From: a virus
Taxonomy: Duplodnaviria; Caudoviricetes
IMG/VR virus record: IMGVR_UViG_3300037423_002015
Coordinates: 1 to 38,700 of that record
Direction: 5' to 3' (one strand)
Length of the DNA stretch: 38,700 nucleotides
Shown: piece after piece, positions 18,688 to 28,188 of the stretch
How positions within the stretch are numbered: position 1 is the stretch's first letter
How the letters are laid out: each line of letters opens with the position of its first letter
Program-made: the position numbers and the translations under genes
The notes under the pieces: generated by a model
What the model was told of the DNA's origin: nothing
What the model saw: the letters and a program-made list of their open reading frames with translations, nothing else
The model's database searches: none

Positions 18688-21600
18688 AGCGAATGCCATT
18701 AAAGACAATTTCAGGCCGCGGTTTCGAGGGCACCATCAATTTGGACGGCTCACTACTCGCGCGCGCAATTGCTATGGAAGCGACGGTCCAGTCCGCTGCG
18801 TACGCGCGCATTATTGATCTCGTGTCGGAAGGTGAGATCGAGGGTTTAGTCGATGGCATGCGCTCGATTTACCTAGACGGTACGCCGCTACAGAATCAGG
18901 ACGGCACGTTCAATTTTCAGGGCATTCAAATCGATGTCCGCAACGGAACGCCTTTTCAGCCATACGTTCCTCACCTACCCGGGACTGAAAATACCGTTAC
19001 TGTGGGCGCCGAGGTTAAGGCGTCTTCGCCAATCGTGCGTACCATCAGCAATCCTGATGTGGACCACGCGAGAATAACCATTAGCTTGCCCTCTCTATGC
19101 ATAACGGACCAAACCACTGGAGCATTGAACGGCTATTTTGCTGACATTCGAATTGATGTACAGTCGAACGGTGGTGGATTTCAGACCGTAGTCGCTGATG
19201 AGATTCTAGGTAAGTCGACATCAAAATATCAGCGGAGCTATACAATTCCTCTGACCGGTGGCGCACCCTACGACGTACGGGTGGTGAGAGTTTCGCCAGA
19301 TGAAACCAGCCAATACATAAGCAATCGGACGTTCTGGGAATCGTATACTGAAATCGAGCAGGTCAAGCTTCGCTATCCGAACTCAGCAATCGTCTCAGTA
19401 ATTGCTCAGGCCGCGCAGTTTAGCCAAATCCCTTCGCGCGCCTATGACATGAAACTTTTGCGCATCCAGGTTCCAACGAACTACGATCCCGTTGCCAAAA
19501 CCTACACGGGAACTTGGGACGGAACATTTAATGTTGCCTGGTCGGACAATCCGGCCTGGGTGTTCTACGACTTGATGACGAACAAGCGCTATGGTCTCGG
19601 CGCGTATTTGTCGTCGGACCAAGTCGATAAATGGTCTCTTTATTCGATCGGCCAATATTGTGACGAATTGGTGGATGATGGCTTTGGAGGTAGCGAACCG
19701 CGCTTTACCTGCAATCTTTATCTCCAGAGTCGCGCCGAAGCATTCAAAGTGATGAACGATCTCGCCTCAATTTTCCGCGGGATGATTTATTGGTCAGGTG
19801 GCCAACTGGCGGCCGTCCAAGATAGTCCGAGTGATCCAGTTTATTTATTTTCTCCGGCAAATGTGGTCGATGGGCTGTTCACATATCAAGGGGCGAGCCA
19901 AAAGGCGCGCCATACCGTAGCGCTAGTGACTTGGAATGACCCAGCCTATCTCTATTCACAAAAGGTTGAATATGTCGAGGATGCGGATGCAGTAGCCCAG
20001 TTTGGAATCATAGAAACACAGATCACGGCGATGGGATGCACGTCGCGCGGCCAAGCTCATCGTCTGGGACGTTATACTCTTCTAACTGAGCGTTACCAGT
20101 CGGAAACGTGCACTTTCTCCACAGGACTTGAAGGCGCCATGCTAGCGCCTGGACATGTGATTCAGATCTCCGATCCTGTGCGCGCGGGCAAGAGAATGGG
20201 GGGTAGGATCGCCGCTGTCGATTCGCTTTCACTGACGGCAGATTCAGATTTGGCAATTTCTTTTGATCCCACCGCTCAGATAGCGGTCATGCTTCCTGAT
20301 GGAACCATGCAATCGGTGCAGGTCACCAATATTATTGGAAGACAGGTTTTTGTGGCAGCATGGCCCACTCAGCCAGTAGTAGGGGCAATCTGGCTGCTGT
20401 CGATCATTTCGCTGGAGCCTCAGCTATTCAAGGTGCTCCAGTCCGTTGAGCAAGATAATGGAACCTACCAGGTCACCGCGATTGCGCACAATCCTTCCAA
20501 ATACGACGCGATTGATTTTGGTACAGTTCTCGAGACAAGAGCCACTACTCAGCTTCGTATAGTGCCCGACGCGCCGATTGATCTTCTCGTCACCGAAACG
20601 TTGTATGCGGTTGGCAAAGACGTTCGTGTGAAGGTGACTTGCAGCTGGGCCAGTGTGCCGGCCGCAATCAGCTACCTTGTCTCCTATAAGGTCGACAATA
20701 ACAACACTGTTTCCCTGAGCGTCGATAGCAACGAAATCGAAGTTTTGAACGCTGAGCCCGGAGAATACACATTCTATGTAACGTCGCTCAGTGCGATTGG
20801 CATTAGGTCGCCCGTCGCCACGGTGACAAAGAAAATACTGGGAAAGGCGGCTCCTCCGGCTGATGTGCAGAACTTTAGTTTGATTCCAAGCAACGGGTTC
20901 GCTCTTCTGAGTTGGGATCAATCTACTGATCTCGACGTGTTGATTGGCGGATCTGTTCGCATTCGTTACACGCCCGATACACTTACGCCTCTTTGGCGAA
21001 ATGCTGTGGATATTTGCCCTGGCCTTGCCGGTACCGCGACAAGCGCTCAAGCGCCATTATTGAGCGGAACGTACATGGCAAAGTTCGTTGATGCGGATTC
21101 CAACTCGTCCCTCGACGAAGCTATTCTCATCACGACCGTTCCGGCCGCACTAGCGCCGAATCAGATTGTCACGCTGACCGAAAGTCCAACATTCGCCGGC
21201 ACCCGAATAGCAATGGAATATCGCCCCGATTTAGGTGGATTGGCGCTCTCCGCGACCACCCTTGTCGATTCATTGCCCGACATCGATTCTGTTCCTAGCT
21301 GGGACTATGCTGGGGGAGTAAGCGCGACTGGTGAATATGATTTTGCGACCGTCGTTGATCTAGGGGCGTCCTTTACGTCGCGCGTGACGGCCGCGATTGC
21401 TGCATCGACCTTTGATGTATCTGATACCGTCGACTTCAGGCTTTCCAACATAGATGACTGGCAAGATATTGATGGTGCGCTGATCGATGATGCAAACGCT
21501 ACGTTATATGTGCGTACGACAGATGACGACCCGGCTGGAGTCTCGCCAAATTGGTCCGCGTGGAAGCCCTTTATGGTTGCCGACTATAAGGCGCGCGGCC

Positions 21601-21926
21601 TCCAATTCAAAATCATCGTTACGACAGAATCAGCGTACCACAATATGTCGATCACTCAGCTCGCGGTTACGGTCGATATGCCGGATCGCACGATCAATAT
21701 GCCTGGCCTTGTGTCTGGAACTTCTTCCTACGGGGTAGTGTACGAAGCGCCATTTTATGCCGTCCCGGCGATTGGCATTACGATCCACAACGCGGCATCA
21801 GGCGATTATTACGCCATTAGCTCCAAGACCAATTCTGGCTTCACGATCACATTTTACAATTCATCGGGAACTATCGTGAATCGAACATTTGACGTGCTCT
21901 CCAAGGGTTATGGACGATCGGCGTAA
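18684..21926 (+). CDS. Central tail tip / host specificity protein gpJ-like
   Basis: DL.SEGEIEGL, IYLDGTP, YPNSA, WSDNPAW..YD, EPRF.CN, GCTSRGQA.R.G and FN3-like segments. Confidence 0.96.
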   Translation: MKRMPLKTISGRGFEGTINLDGSLLARAIAMEATVQSAAYARIIDLVSEGEIEGLVDGMRSIYLDGTPLQNQDGTFNFQGIQIDVRNGTPFQPYVPHLPGTENTVTVGAEVKASSPIVRTISNPDVDHARITISLPSLCITDQTTGALNGYFADIRIDVQSNGGGFQTVVADEILGKSTSKYQRSYTIPLTGGAPYDVRVVRVSPDETSQYISNRTFWESYTEIEQVKLRYPNSAIVSVIAQAAQFSQIPSRAYDMKLLRIQVPTNYDPVAKTYTGTWDGTFNVAWSDNPAWVFYDLMTNKRYGLGAYLSSDQVDKWSLYSIGQYCDELVDDGFGGSEPRFTCNLYLQSRAEAFKVMNDLASIFRGMIYWSGGQLAAVQDSPSDPVYLFSPANVVDGLFTYQGASQKARHTVALVTWNDPAYLYSQKVEYVEDADAVAQFGIIETQITAMGCTSRGQAHRLGRYTLLTERYQSETCTFSTGLEGAMLAPGHVIQISDPVRAGKRMGGRIAAVDSLSLTADSDLAISFDPTAQIAVMLPDGTMQSVQVTNIIGRQVFVAAWPTQPVVGAIWLLSIISLEPQLFKVLQSVEQDNGTYQVTAIAHNPSKYDAIDFGTVLETRATTQLRIVPDAPIDLLVTETLYAVGKDVRVKVTCSWASVPAAISYLVSYKVDNNNTVSLSVDSNEIEVLNAEPGEYTFYVTSLSAIGIRSPVATVTKKILGKAAPPADVQNFSLIPSNGFALLSWDQSTDLDVLIGGSVRIRYTPDTLTPLWRNAVDICPGLAGTATSAQAPLLSGTYMAKFVDADSNSSLDEAILITTVPAALAPNQIVTLTESPTFAGTRIAMEYRPDLGGLALSATTLVDSLPDIDSVPSWDYAGGVSATGEYDFATVVDLGASFTSRVTAAIAASTFDVSDTVDFRLSNIDDWQDIDGALIDDANATLYVRTTDDDPAGVSPNWSAWKPFMVADYKARGLQFKIIVTTESAYHNMSITQLAVTVDMPDRTINMPGLVSGTSSYGVVYEAPFYAVPAIGITIHNAASGDYYAISSKTNSGFTITFYNSSGTIVNRTFDVLSKGYGRSA

Positions 21927-21938
21927 GAAGGGGAAATA

Positions 21939-22847
21939 ATGAGCCAAAGCGCACTCAATATTCCAAACGAATCAGGCGCGTCTTTTCGTGCCGACGTAAA
22001 CACTGCTCTGCAAGCGCTCGCTTCGTTGTCGAGTGGCAATACCGCTCCTTCGACGACCTATGCTTACCAATTTTGGGTGGATACCAGCGGGGCGAATCCG
22101 ATTCTTAAGATTCGTAACGGAGCAAATAGCGCTTGGGTCACGGTCGGGCGAGTCGATCTGACAAATATGGGGTTTCTGACTCTCGCGGCGGGCGGGGTCA
22201 TAGCTGCAGCGGTGAGCTTTTCGAACACAGACTATTTTGGCATTCCCATTGGTACAACAGCTCAGCGACCCGGGTCACCGTCAGCGGGAATGATGCGATA
22301 CAATACTGATCTTTCTGTATTTGAAGGCTACAGGGCAGGTGCATGGAATACACTCGGTGGAGGCGGAGGCGGCGGTTCGCTTCGGTGGATTTCAAAAGAC
22401 AATGCCCCCATTCCTTCTGTCGATTCCTATGGAAATGAAATTCAGTCATTTACGCTGGGCCTAGGTCAGCAGCTCTATACCCTCGTCAAAGTTCCGCATG
22501 GGTATACCGCCGGATCCCAAGTGAAACTTTATCTTCCCTTTTATTCGCCAGATAGCTCGGGCACGGCATTGCTTCAAACGGTCGCAACCCTAATTCGTCC
22601 CGGCACGACCGTCATTAGCTCGACGACCAATCAAAGGACCTCGACGAATTCGGCAGTTACTCTCGGCTCCGGCACCGTCAATATCCCGCAAATGGTAACT
22701 TTCGATTTGAGTGATTCGACGGGAAAGATCAACGGCGTTAGCATACAGGCCGACGACATTATTGCCGTCGCGTTGACTCGAGGCTCAGATACCGGGGCCT
22801 CGGATCTTGCGGCTCTAATAAATTCGGCTGAAACGACGTTCAATTAA
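21939..22847 (+). CDS. Tail fibre-like protein
   Basis: Follows J. FRADVN.AL.AL, IPIGTTAQRP...GMMRYNTD...FEGY....W, poly-Gly hinge. Confidence 0.75.
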   Translation: MSQSALNIPNESGASFRADVNTALQALASLSSGNTAPSTTYAYQFWVDTSGANPILKIRNGANSAWVTVGRVDLTNMGFLTLAAGGVIAAAVSFSNTDYFGIPIGTTAQRPGSPSAGMMRYNTDLSVFEGYRAGAWNTLGGGGGGGSLRWISKDNAPIPSVDSYGNEIQSFTLGLGQQLYTLVKVPHGYTAGSQVKLYLPFYSPDSSGTALLQTVATLIRPGTTVISSTTNQRTSTNSAVTLGSGTVNIPQMVTFDLSDSTGKINGVSIQADDIIAVALTRGSDTGASDLAALINSAETTFN

Positions 22848-22871
22848 GAGACAATTCCTAAGGGGACTAAA

Positions 22872-24629
22872 ATGAAGATATTTAGAGTAATTTTAGCCGC
22901 TGTCTTGATGATGACGGTGGCCGTTCCAAATATGGGTTTTGCATTAAGCGATCAGGACCGGGCCGAATTCGCCTTTCAAAACTATTTAGCTGGAAAAAAC
23001 CCAGGATTTGAAAACGGAAAAGCAGGCTGGACGGCTTCGGGCGGAACATTTTCGACCGCAACAAGCGGCTCGAATTATATGGGCATCGGCCGAGCTAGCG
23101 GAACATGGGATTCATCCTCCGCCGGTCAAACACTCACCTCGCCAGCGTTCACGGTAACTAACGGCGCCGCTGGGAATAATGCGCTTGCTCGATGCAAGGT
23201 CATGACCCCATCAGGAACCGCCACTCACACGATGGGCCTTTGGGACGGGACCAATTTAACGAATACGATTTCCATTCCCTCCAGCACAACCGCACAATAC
23301 GTCGAAATACCTTTTCCGATGGGAGCCGCGGCCTCGACCGTCGCTATTCGGTTTACATCCGTCGCATCAAATGAACCGCTGATCTCGATTGACGATTGTT
23401 ACATTGGACCAAACTTCAACCTTTCAAACGGCCAACCAATTACGGATTGGGCGAGCTTTACTCCAACGGGAACCTGGACCGCCAATAGCACGTATACGGG
23501 AAAATGGCGCCGAGTTGGTGACGTTGCGGAATATCAGGTTACCATCACGGCTTCCGGCGCACCGACTGCCACTCAGCTTTACATCAATTTGCCGACTGGC
23601 CATGTGATTGATACGGCGAAGCTTGCATCGACCGCAAACAATCCCCCGCTCGGGTTTGGTATGGCGACGGATTCGGGAGTTTCAAATTACCCTGTCCGCG
23701 TTGACTATGATTCGACGACTCGCGTTTCAGTTACGGCCGTGGGCACAGCATCAACCTATGCGTCTACATCCGGACTAACTGCAACGATTCCCTTTACTTT
23801 CGGAAACGCCGATTCAGTCGATGTCCTTTTCCGTGTTCCTATTGCGACATGGGGAGCTCAATCGGCCATCCGCGCAGATAATTCGGATTTTGATTGGACC
23901 AGCTATACACCAACGTATGTGGGTCTTGGTTCACCCACCGGAACTGCATATTATCGTCGCGTCGGTGATTCGGTAGAGGTGCAATTTAATTTCACTGCGG
24001 GCACAGTTACGAGCTCAGCTGCATCAATTTCTCTTCCGTCAGGTCTTACGATCAATTCGTCAAAGTTTAATAGTACTGGCATGGCTGGATATTGGACGGC
24101 CAATAGCTTCGGCGCAACGGTTTCAACTCATTTAATTGCCGACTCGGGAACATCGGTCATTAATTTCGGCTTAATTGTCGGATCTAGTAACGGTTTTACA
24201 AAGGCATTGGGAACAAGTATTGGAACCGGAGCAATAGTAACGGGCCATACTTTTCTAATTCCAGTCACAGGTTGGACTACGAGCCAGCGCGCCCCATTAT
24301 TAGTGGGTTCGGTAACTTCTAATACGACAGGATTAGAGCGTGTGGAAAGAGCAACCATTTCTTCTTCTACGCCATCAGTTAGTTCGCAATCGGGCTCGTG
24401 GATTTCTAGTGTTTCTCGTCCGGCGACAGGTCAATTTACCCTGACATTAGCGAGTGGAATTTTTTCGGGCATTCCTTCTTGTGTCGCTAACGTTTCGAAC
24501 GGTGGGGCTGGAAATAACTTTGTCGCTCAGACTTCGCCTGGATCAACGACGTCGGTAAACGTTGCCGTCGCCAACGCCGGCACTGCAACGAATGCGGATT
24601 TTCAGGTAATTTGCATGGGGCCGAGATAG
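22872..24629 (+). CDS. Ser/Thr/Gly-rich fibre/adhesin-like protein with apparent N-terminal signal peptide
   Basis: MKIFRVILAAVLMMTVAVPNMGFA leader, NPGFE.G..GW carbohydrate-binding-like start, and two DW.S(F/Y)TPT...(W/Y)RRVGD repeats. Confidence 0.65.
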   Translation: MKIFRVILAAVLMMTVAVPNMGFALSDQDRAEFAFQNYLAGKNPGFENGKAGWTASGGTFSTATSGSNYMGIGRASGTWDSSSAGQTLTSPAFTVTNGAAGNNALARCKVMTPSGTATHTMGLWDGTNLTNTISIPSSTTAQYVEIPFPMGAAASTVAIRFTSVASNEPLISIDDCYIGPNFNLSNGQPITDWASFTPTGTWTANSTYTGKWRRVGDVAEYQVTITASGAPTATQLYINLPTGHVIDTAKLASTANNPPLGFGMATDSGVSNYPVRVDYDSTTRVSVTAVGTASTYASTSGLTATIPFTFGNADSVDVLFRVPIATWGAQSAIRADNSDFDWTSYTPTYVGLGSPTGTAYYRRVGDSVEVQFNFTAGTVTSSAASISLPSGLTINSSKFNSTGMAGYWTANSFGATVSTHLIADSGTSVINFGLIVGSSNGFTKALGTSIGTGAIVTGHTFLIPVTGWTTSQRAPLLVGSVTSNTTGLERVERATISSSTPSVSSQSGSWISSVSRPATGQFTLTLASGIFSGIPSCVANVSNGGAGNNFVAQTSPGSTTSVNVAVANAGTATNADFQVICMGPR

Positions 24630-24710
24630 GGAAGGTAAGAAATTTTGAATTCTTTAGTCCAAATTTCAGAGTCGCCAAATGACAATAGCTAAACGGGAGG
24701 GCAACTAACT

Positions 24711-25070
24711 GTGGACGATTTGCAGCCCAACCACGAGCGCAAAGCGGGCGGCGGAGTATGGCTGACGCATAAACATCTCGCATATAGTGGGATAGTCAGT
24801 GCCGTTCTTTTTGCCATTCAGCCGACCTTGACCCATTTCAGCACCAAAGATGAGACCAATGCGCATCTCGAAACTGTTCAAGTTCAATTGACCGCTCAAG
24901 CCAAGCAATTGGACGACATTCAGCAGCTGGTCAAAGACCTGAATCTGAGCATTCAAGATCGTGAAAAGCAGTCTGAGGCCCGTCAGCGCTTTATCGATGA
25001 CCGCCAAGATCGTCAGATTGAATCGCTTGAAGCAAGTCGCCTCTCAGGCCGAAAAACAAGCAACAATTGA
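24711..25070 (+). CDS. Membrane-anchored coiled-coil protein in the lysis region
   Basis: GGGAGG SD, GTG start, hydrophobic LAYSGIVSAVLFAI then heptad repeats. Confidence 0.65.
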   Translation: MDDLQPNHERKAGGGVWLTHKHLAYSGIVSAVLFAIQPTLTHFSTKDETNAHLETVQVQLTAQAKQLDDIQQLVKDLNLSIQDREKQSEARQRFIDDRQDRQIESLEASRLSGRKTSNN

Positions 25071-25087
25071 TCCAGGGAGGACGAAGA

Positions 25088-25225
25088 GTGAAAGACTGGA
25101 CCGGTGCCATTCTCGCTGCGGCTTTGTGGATTGAGTACCAGCTTACAAGGTCCGGACTCGCGCCGCTTCTTTTGGCCTTGCTCTTCTTTCTAGCGTTTTG
25201 GTTGTCTGTTTCTAACGTGCCCTAA
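25088..25225 (+). CDS. 45-aa hydrophobic protein, holin candidate (not in the ORF track)
   Basis: GGAGG SD 7 nt before GTG. Translates MKDWTGAILAAALWIEYQLTRSGLAPLLLALLFFLAFWLSVSNVP. Confidence 0.55.
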   Translation: MKDWTGAILAAALWIEYQLTRSGLAPLLLALLFFLAFWLSVSNVP

Positions 25226-25249
25226 GATGGGCGTAACAATGGAGCAAGA

Positions 25250-25495
25250 ATGAAGACGATTTACGAGCATTCGATCGGTGGCGATGGTGCAGTGGCTGGC
25301 CTTTACGTCGACGGCGATTTTGTTATTGAACAGGTGAAATACCCGTTGGCCAAAGCGCTCGATCCGGCTGACAAATTCATCGACAGTGCGATCGATGGCC
25401 TTGAAGCGAAGATTCCTGGCGACTGGGATAAGGCTCTCCTTGAGCCTGCCCGTGTAGCCGCCCATGCCGAGCTCCAGAAGCTAGTCGGTGGCTAA
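25250..25495 (+). CDS. Hypothetical protein
   Basis: GGAG SD. Overlaps the next gene. Confidence 0.7.
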   Translation: MKTIYEHSIGGDGAVAGLYVDGDFVIEQVKYPLAKALDPADKFIDSAIDGLEAKIPGDWDKALLEPARVAAHAELQKLVGG

Positions 25496-25862
25496 CGCGG
25501 ATACGGTCGACATTACAGACCTGGTTGAAAAAACCAGGTCTGCCTTTGTCGATTGGGCAGTTGCTTATGTCTATGGCGTAGAGGTCGCGATTCCTGAATT
25601 GGGACCGATCATCGAACTGCCAGTTATCAAAGAGGCCGATCAGGAAATCATCCGCCTCGTTGTCGATAGTCTTTCGAAATCCGCGATCATGCTGGCGTTT
25701 TTTACGAACACAGTTCTTCGAAAGGCTACGCAGGCAGACGATTTCGTGAAAGCCGTGAACGCAAAGTTCAACCTCCCGGGAGATGCGTCCAATGACGACA
25801 TTCAAAAAGCTGAAGCTGCACAGATGGTTGCCTTTCGCAATTTCGTCGTTCTGGTTAATTAG
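25488..25862 (+). CDS. Hypothetical protein
   Basis: 124-aa ORF coupled within the operon. Confidence 0.65.
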   Translation: MANADTVDITDLVEKTRSAFVDWAVAYVYGVEVAIPELGPIIELPVIKEADQEIIRLVVDSLSKSAIMLAFFTNTVLRKATQADDFVKAVNAKFNLPGDASNDDIQKAEAAQMVAFRNFVVLVN

Positions 25863-26307
25863 CTGTGCATCTCCCCCTCCTGCAATATTTGCGTTTGAGC
25901 ACCTGCCCCAGACAATCACAACTGATCCCGTGACTGGACACATGCTTCTGAGGCCAAGCCCGACCTGCATGCTCTTTCTTAAGGAATCGGAGTGCGGACA
26001 TGGTGTGAATATCATGACGAAGCAGGAAATATTTGTGGGGGAAAACTCGTTCGCGGCATCGTGGCTGGTCAACGGAAAGAATGAAATCACAAATCTTCCT
26101 TTAAAGGATTCTCACTATCCTTTTGGGGTCAAGCCTTGGTCCCAACTTCGGCGTGAATCTGTCTACTTGCCGGCTGTTGAGAGCTATGCGCCGCTGAGTT
26201 CTTACATCATTAACCAATGCGACAAGGCAAAATGTTCTGCCGACGTCGACCGTTTCAAGGTGCGACTCGACGAGCTCAAAAGCATTGGCTCAATTATTAA
26301 ACCGTAG
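25792..26307 (+). CDS. Lipoprotein, possibly o-spanin-like
   Basis: Basic N-terminus, hydrophobic stretch and lipobox LIS-C followed by ASPPP. Its 5' end overlaps the previous gene in another frame. Confidence 0.55.
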   Translation: MTTFKKLKLHRWLPFAISSFWLISCASPPPAIFAFEHLPQTITTDPVTGHMLLRPSPTCMLFLKESECGHGVNIMTKQEIFVGENSFAASWLVNGKNEITNLPLKDSHYPFGVKPWSQLRRESVYLPAVESYAPLSSYIINQCDKAKCSADVDRFKVRLDELKSIGSIIKP

Positions 26308-26316
26308 GAGTTTACA

Positions 26317-26967
26317 ATGAAACGAGTTCCTGTGTCAGGCCCGGTTACTCTCTGCTACGATGTCTCCCACTGGCAGCAAGACCTGCATCTGCACGCGCAT
26401 ATGCGATTGCTCGGTGCAAAGGTCTGCATGATTAAAGCGACCGAAAGTCTTGCCATCCAGGATGACATGTTCAGGAAACATGTAGCTGAAGCGAAGACAC
26501 AGGGTATGATCGTGGGATTCTATCATTTCAATCGGGCCAACCGCGATCCAATCGCACAAGCGAGGAACTATGAACAGGTGATCGGTTCACTGGGCCAGAA
26601 CGATCTGGGCCCAATTTTAGACTTAGAGACCTTCGACGGACTGGATATTCCCCACGTTCGCGATGAGGCATTGACGATCATTCGTGAATTGCATTCTCAC
26701 TTCGGCCGGACGGTCGTGTTGTACGGGGGACCATCGAAGCTCGAAAGCTTGAACTTACCCCCGGAGGTTGCGCGATTATGCGTACTCTGGGTTGCGCACT
26801 ACGGCCCGCAGCCTTCAACGGGGCCATTGGTCCCAGCCCCGTTCAACAAATGGGCTTTTTGGCAGTTTACGGATGGTAAGGTTGGCTTTAGCAAAGGTGG
26901 CGCATTCATCAAATGCGATTTCAGCTATTTTTGGGGCGAGCTAACGGATTTGAAGAGCGTCGGCTAG
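26317..26967 (+). CDS. Endolysin, GH25 muramidase
   Basis: DVSHWQ, IKATE, GFYHF, LDLE (DxE), LWVAHY, FWQFTD. AGGAG SD. Confidence 0.93.
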   Translation: MKRVPVSGPVTLCYDVSHWQQDLHLHAHMRLLGAKVCMIKATESLAIQDDMFRKHVAEAKTQGMIVGFYHFNRANRDPIAQARNYEQVIGSLGQNDLGPILDLETFDGLDIPHVRDEALTIIRELHSHFGRTVVLYGGPSKLESLNLPPEVARLCVLWVAHYGPQPSTGPLVPAPFNKWAFWQFTDGKVGFSKGGAFIKCDFSYFWGELTDLKSVG

Positions 26968-26968
26968 G

Positions 26969-27394
26969 TTAAGGCTGTACTTCCATAGTGCGTTGGAGGT
27001 GTGGACCTCTCGGCCCGTTGAAAGGGTCCGCGCTGATTCTGAAATAGGCCGTATCGCCAGCTTTCAAGATTGATTCTGTCTCTTCTGGGCTATCGCCCCC
27101 GACATGCACGGCCAAAACGTGGCTTCCTTCATTGAGCTCACATGCATACTTTTCGCTCCGTCCAATATCGGCCACGTCTACACCATCGATTTTGAGCGTT
27201 GCAAATCGTGCTCCCGCTCGAGTCATTGATCCAGAGTCCCTGACTACGATGAGCTTCGCTTTGGGCGCATCATTAATCTTCGGATTTGCAAGGATGCGAT
27301 TTGCGGGTACGTCTGTTGCGTCTGACACTTTAACTGCCTCGCTCGCACAGGCGGTTAGAATTGAACATACAATCGCCGCGAATATTATTTTCAT
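26969..27394 (-). CDS. Lipoprotein (moron; possible superinfection-exclusion factor)
   Basis: MKIIFAAIVCSILTA-C lipobox and L.VVRDSG......ID G..VA.I...E......G.H beta-sandwich pattern. Antisense to the late operon. Confidence 0.75.
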   Translation of the reverse strand: MKIIFAAIVCSILTACASEAVKVSDATDVPANRILANPKINDAPKAKLIVVRDSGSMTRAGARFATLKIDGVDVADIGRSEKYACELNEGSHVLAVHVGGDSPEETESILKAGDTAYFRISADPFNGPRGPHLQRTMEVQP

Positions 27395-27522
27395 GACTAC
27401 CATATCGGAGTTGTTTGATCAGACCTTTAGTCATGTCTCATATCAAGGCAACCGCTCGGACTTGGGTAAACAAAAGCTAAATTATTCCGATAAATATTAT
27501 GCCCATATTAGAGGGGGGACCG

Positions 27523-28188
27523 ATGACATCTCAGAAAATCGTTTCGGAAATAGATGCTCAGGTTAAGGCGGCGGACCGCTATATTAAATCCGCTCCGTGG
27601 GCGGATAAGGCATTCTATGCTGCCTGGTGCGTTCAGACCTTCAAATATGTGTCTCACTCAGCGCCATTGATTAAGCTTTGCGCTGACAGGCTTCCCAAGA
27701 GCAATGCGTTCAAGCGTGAAATGGAAAAGCATTATCGCGAGGAGGTTGGCCATGAGCAATTTGCCCTTCGCGACGCTAAGTTTTTCGGAATTGACGCGAA
27801 AATGGAGAGGGAACTGGATGCAACCAAAAGCATCTATGACGCCATTTATGCTGAGATCGAGGCCGATCCAATGGCGATGTTTGGTTATGCCCTAGCACTT
27901 GAGAATATCTCGAAGCATTATGGACCATGGATTGCGGAAACAGTCTGTTACTCCTACGGAATCGACCCAAAAAAGGCCTTTAAAGACAATGTGCCGGCTT
28001 CATTTCTGACCCTTCATGCTCACGTCGACCAGGATCATGCTGATTCAGGTCTGACAGCTTTGGAAAAGGTCCCACCCAACTCATACGAGACCGTTTATAG
28101 AGTGATGATGAAGACCTTCAGGGCCTATCAGCAATTTTTGGAGGCTATCGAGCGTGAATCCGTTAAAAACGGCAAGTCTGCGGCATAG
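27523..28188 (+). CDS. Heme-oxygenase-like diiron oxidase (HDO; CADD/PqqC/TenA superfamily)
   Basis: H..EE.GHE (HYREEVGHEQ), Y..ALE and FL.LH..VD.DH metal-ligand motifs. GAGGGGG SD before ATG 27523. Confidence 0.85.
   Translation: MTSQKIVSEIDAQVKAADRYIKSAPWADKAFYAAWCVQTFKYVSHSAPLIKLCADRLPKSNAFKREMEKHYREEVGHEQFALRDAKFFGIDAKMERELDATKSIYDAIYAEIEADPMAMFGYALALENISKHYGPWIAETVCYSYGIDPKKAFKDNVPASFLTLHAHVDQDHADSGLTALEKVPPNSYETVYRVMMKTFRAYQQFLEAIERESVKNGKSAA

Noticed and set aside
5404-21738. Many antisense and alternate-frame ORFs within structural genes (e.g. 9599..10177, 17144..17752, 20424..21050)
   Set aside because: They are shadow ORFs fully overlapping well-supported genes, without motifs of their own.
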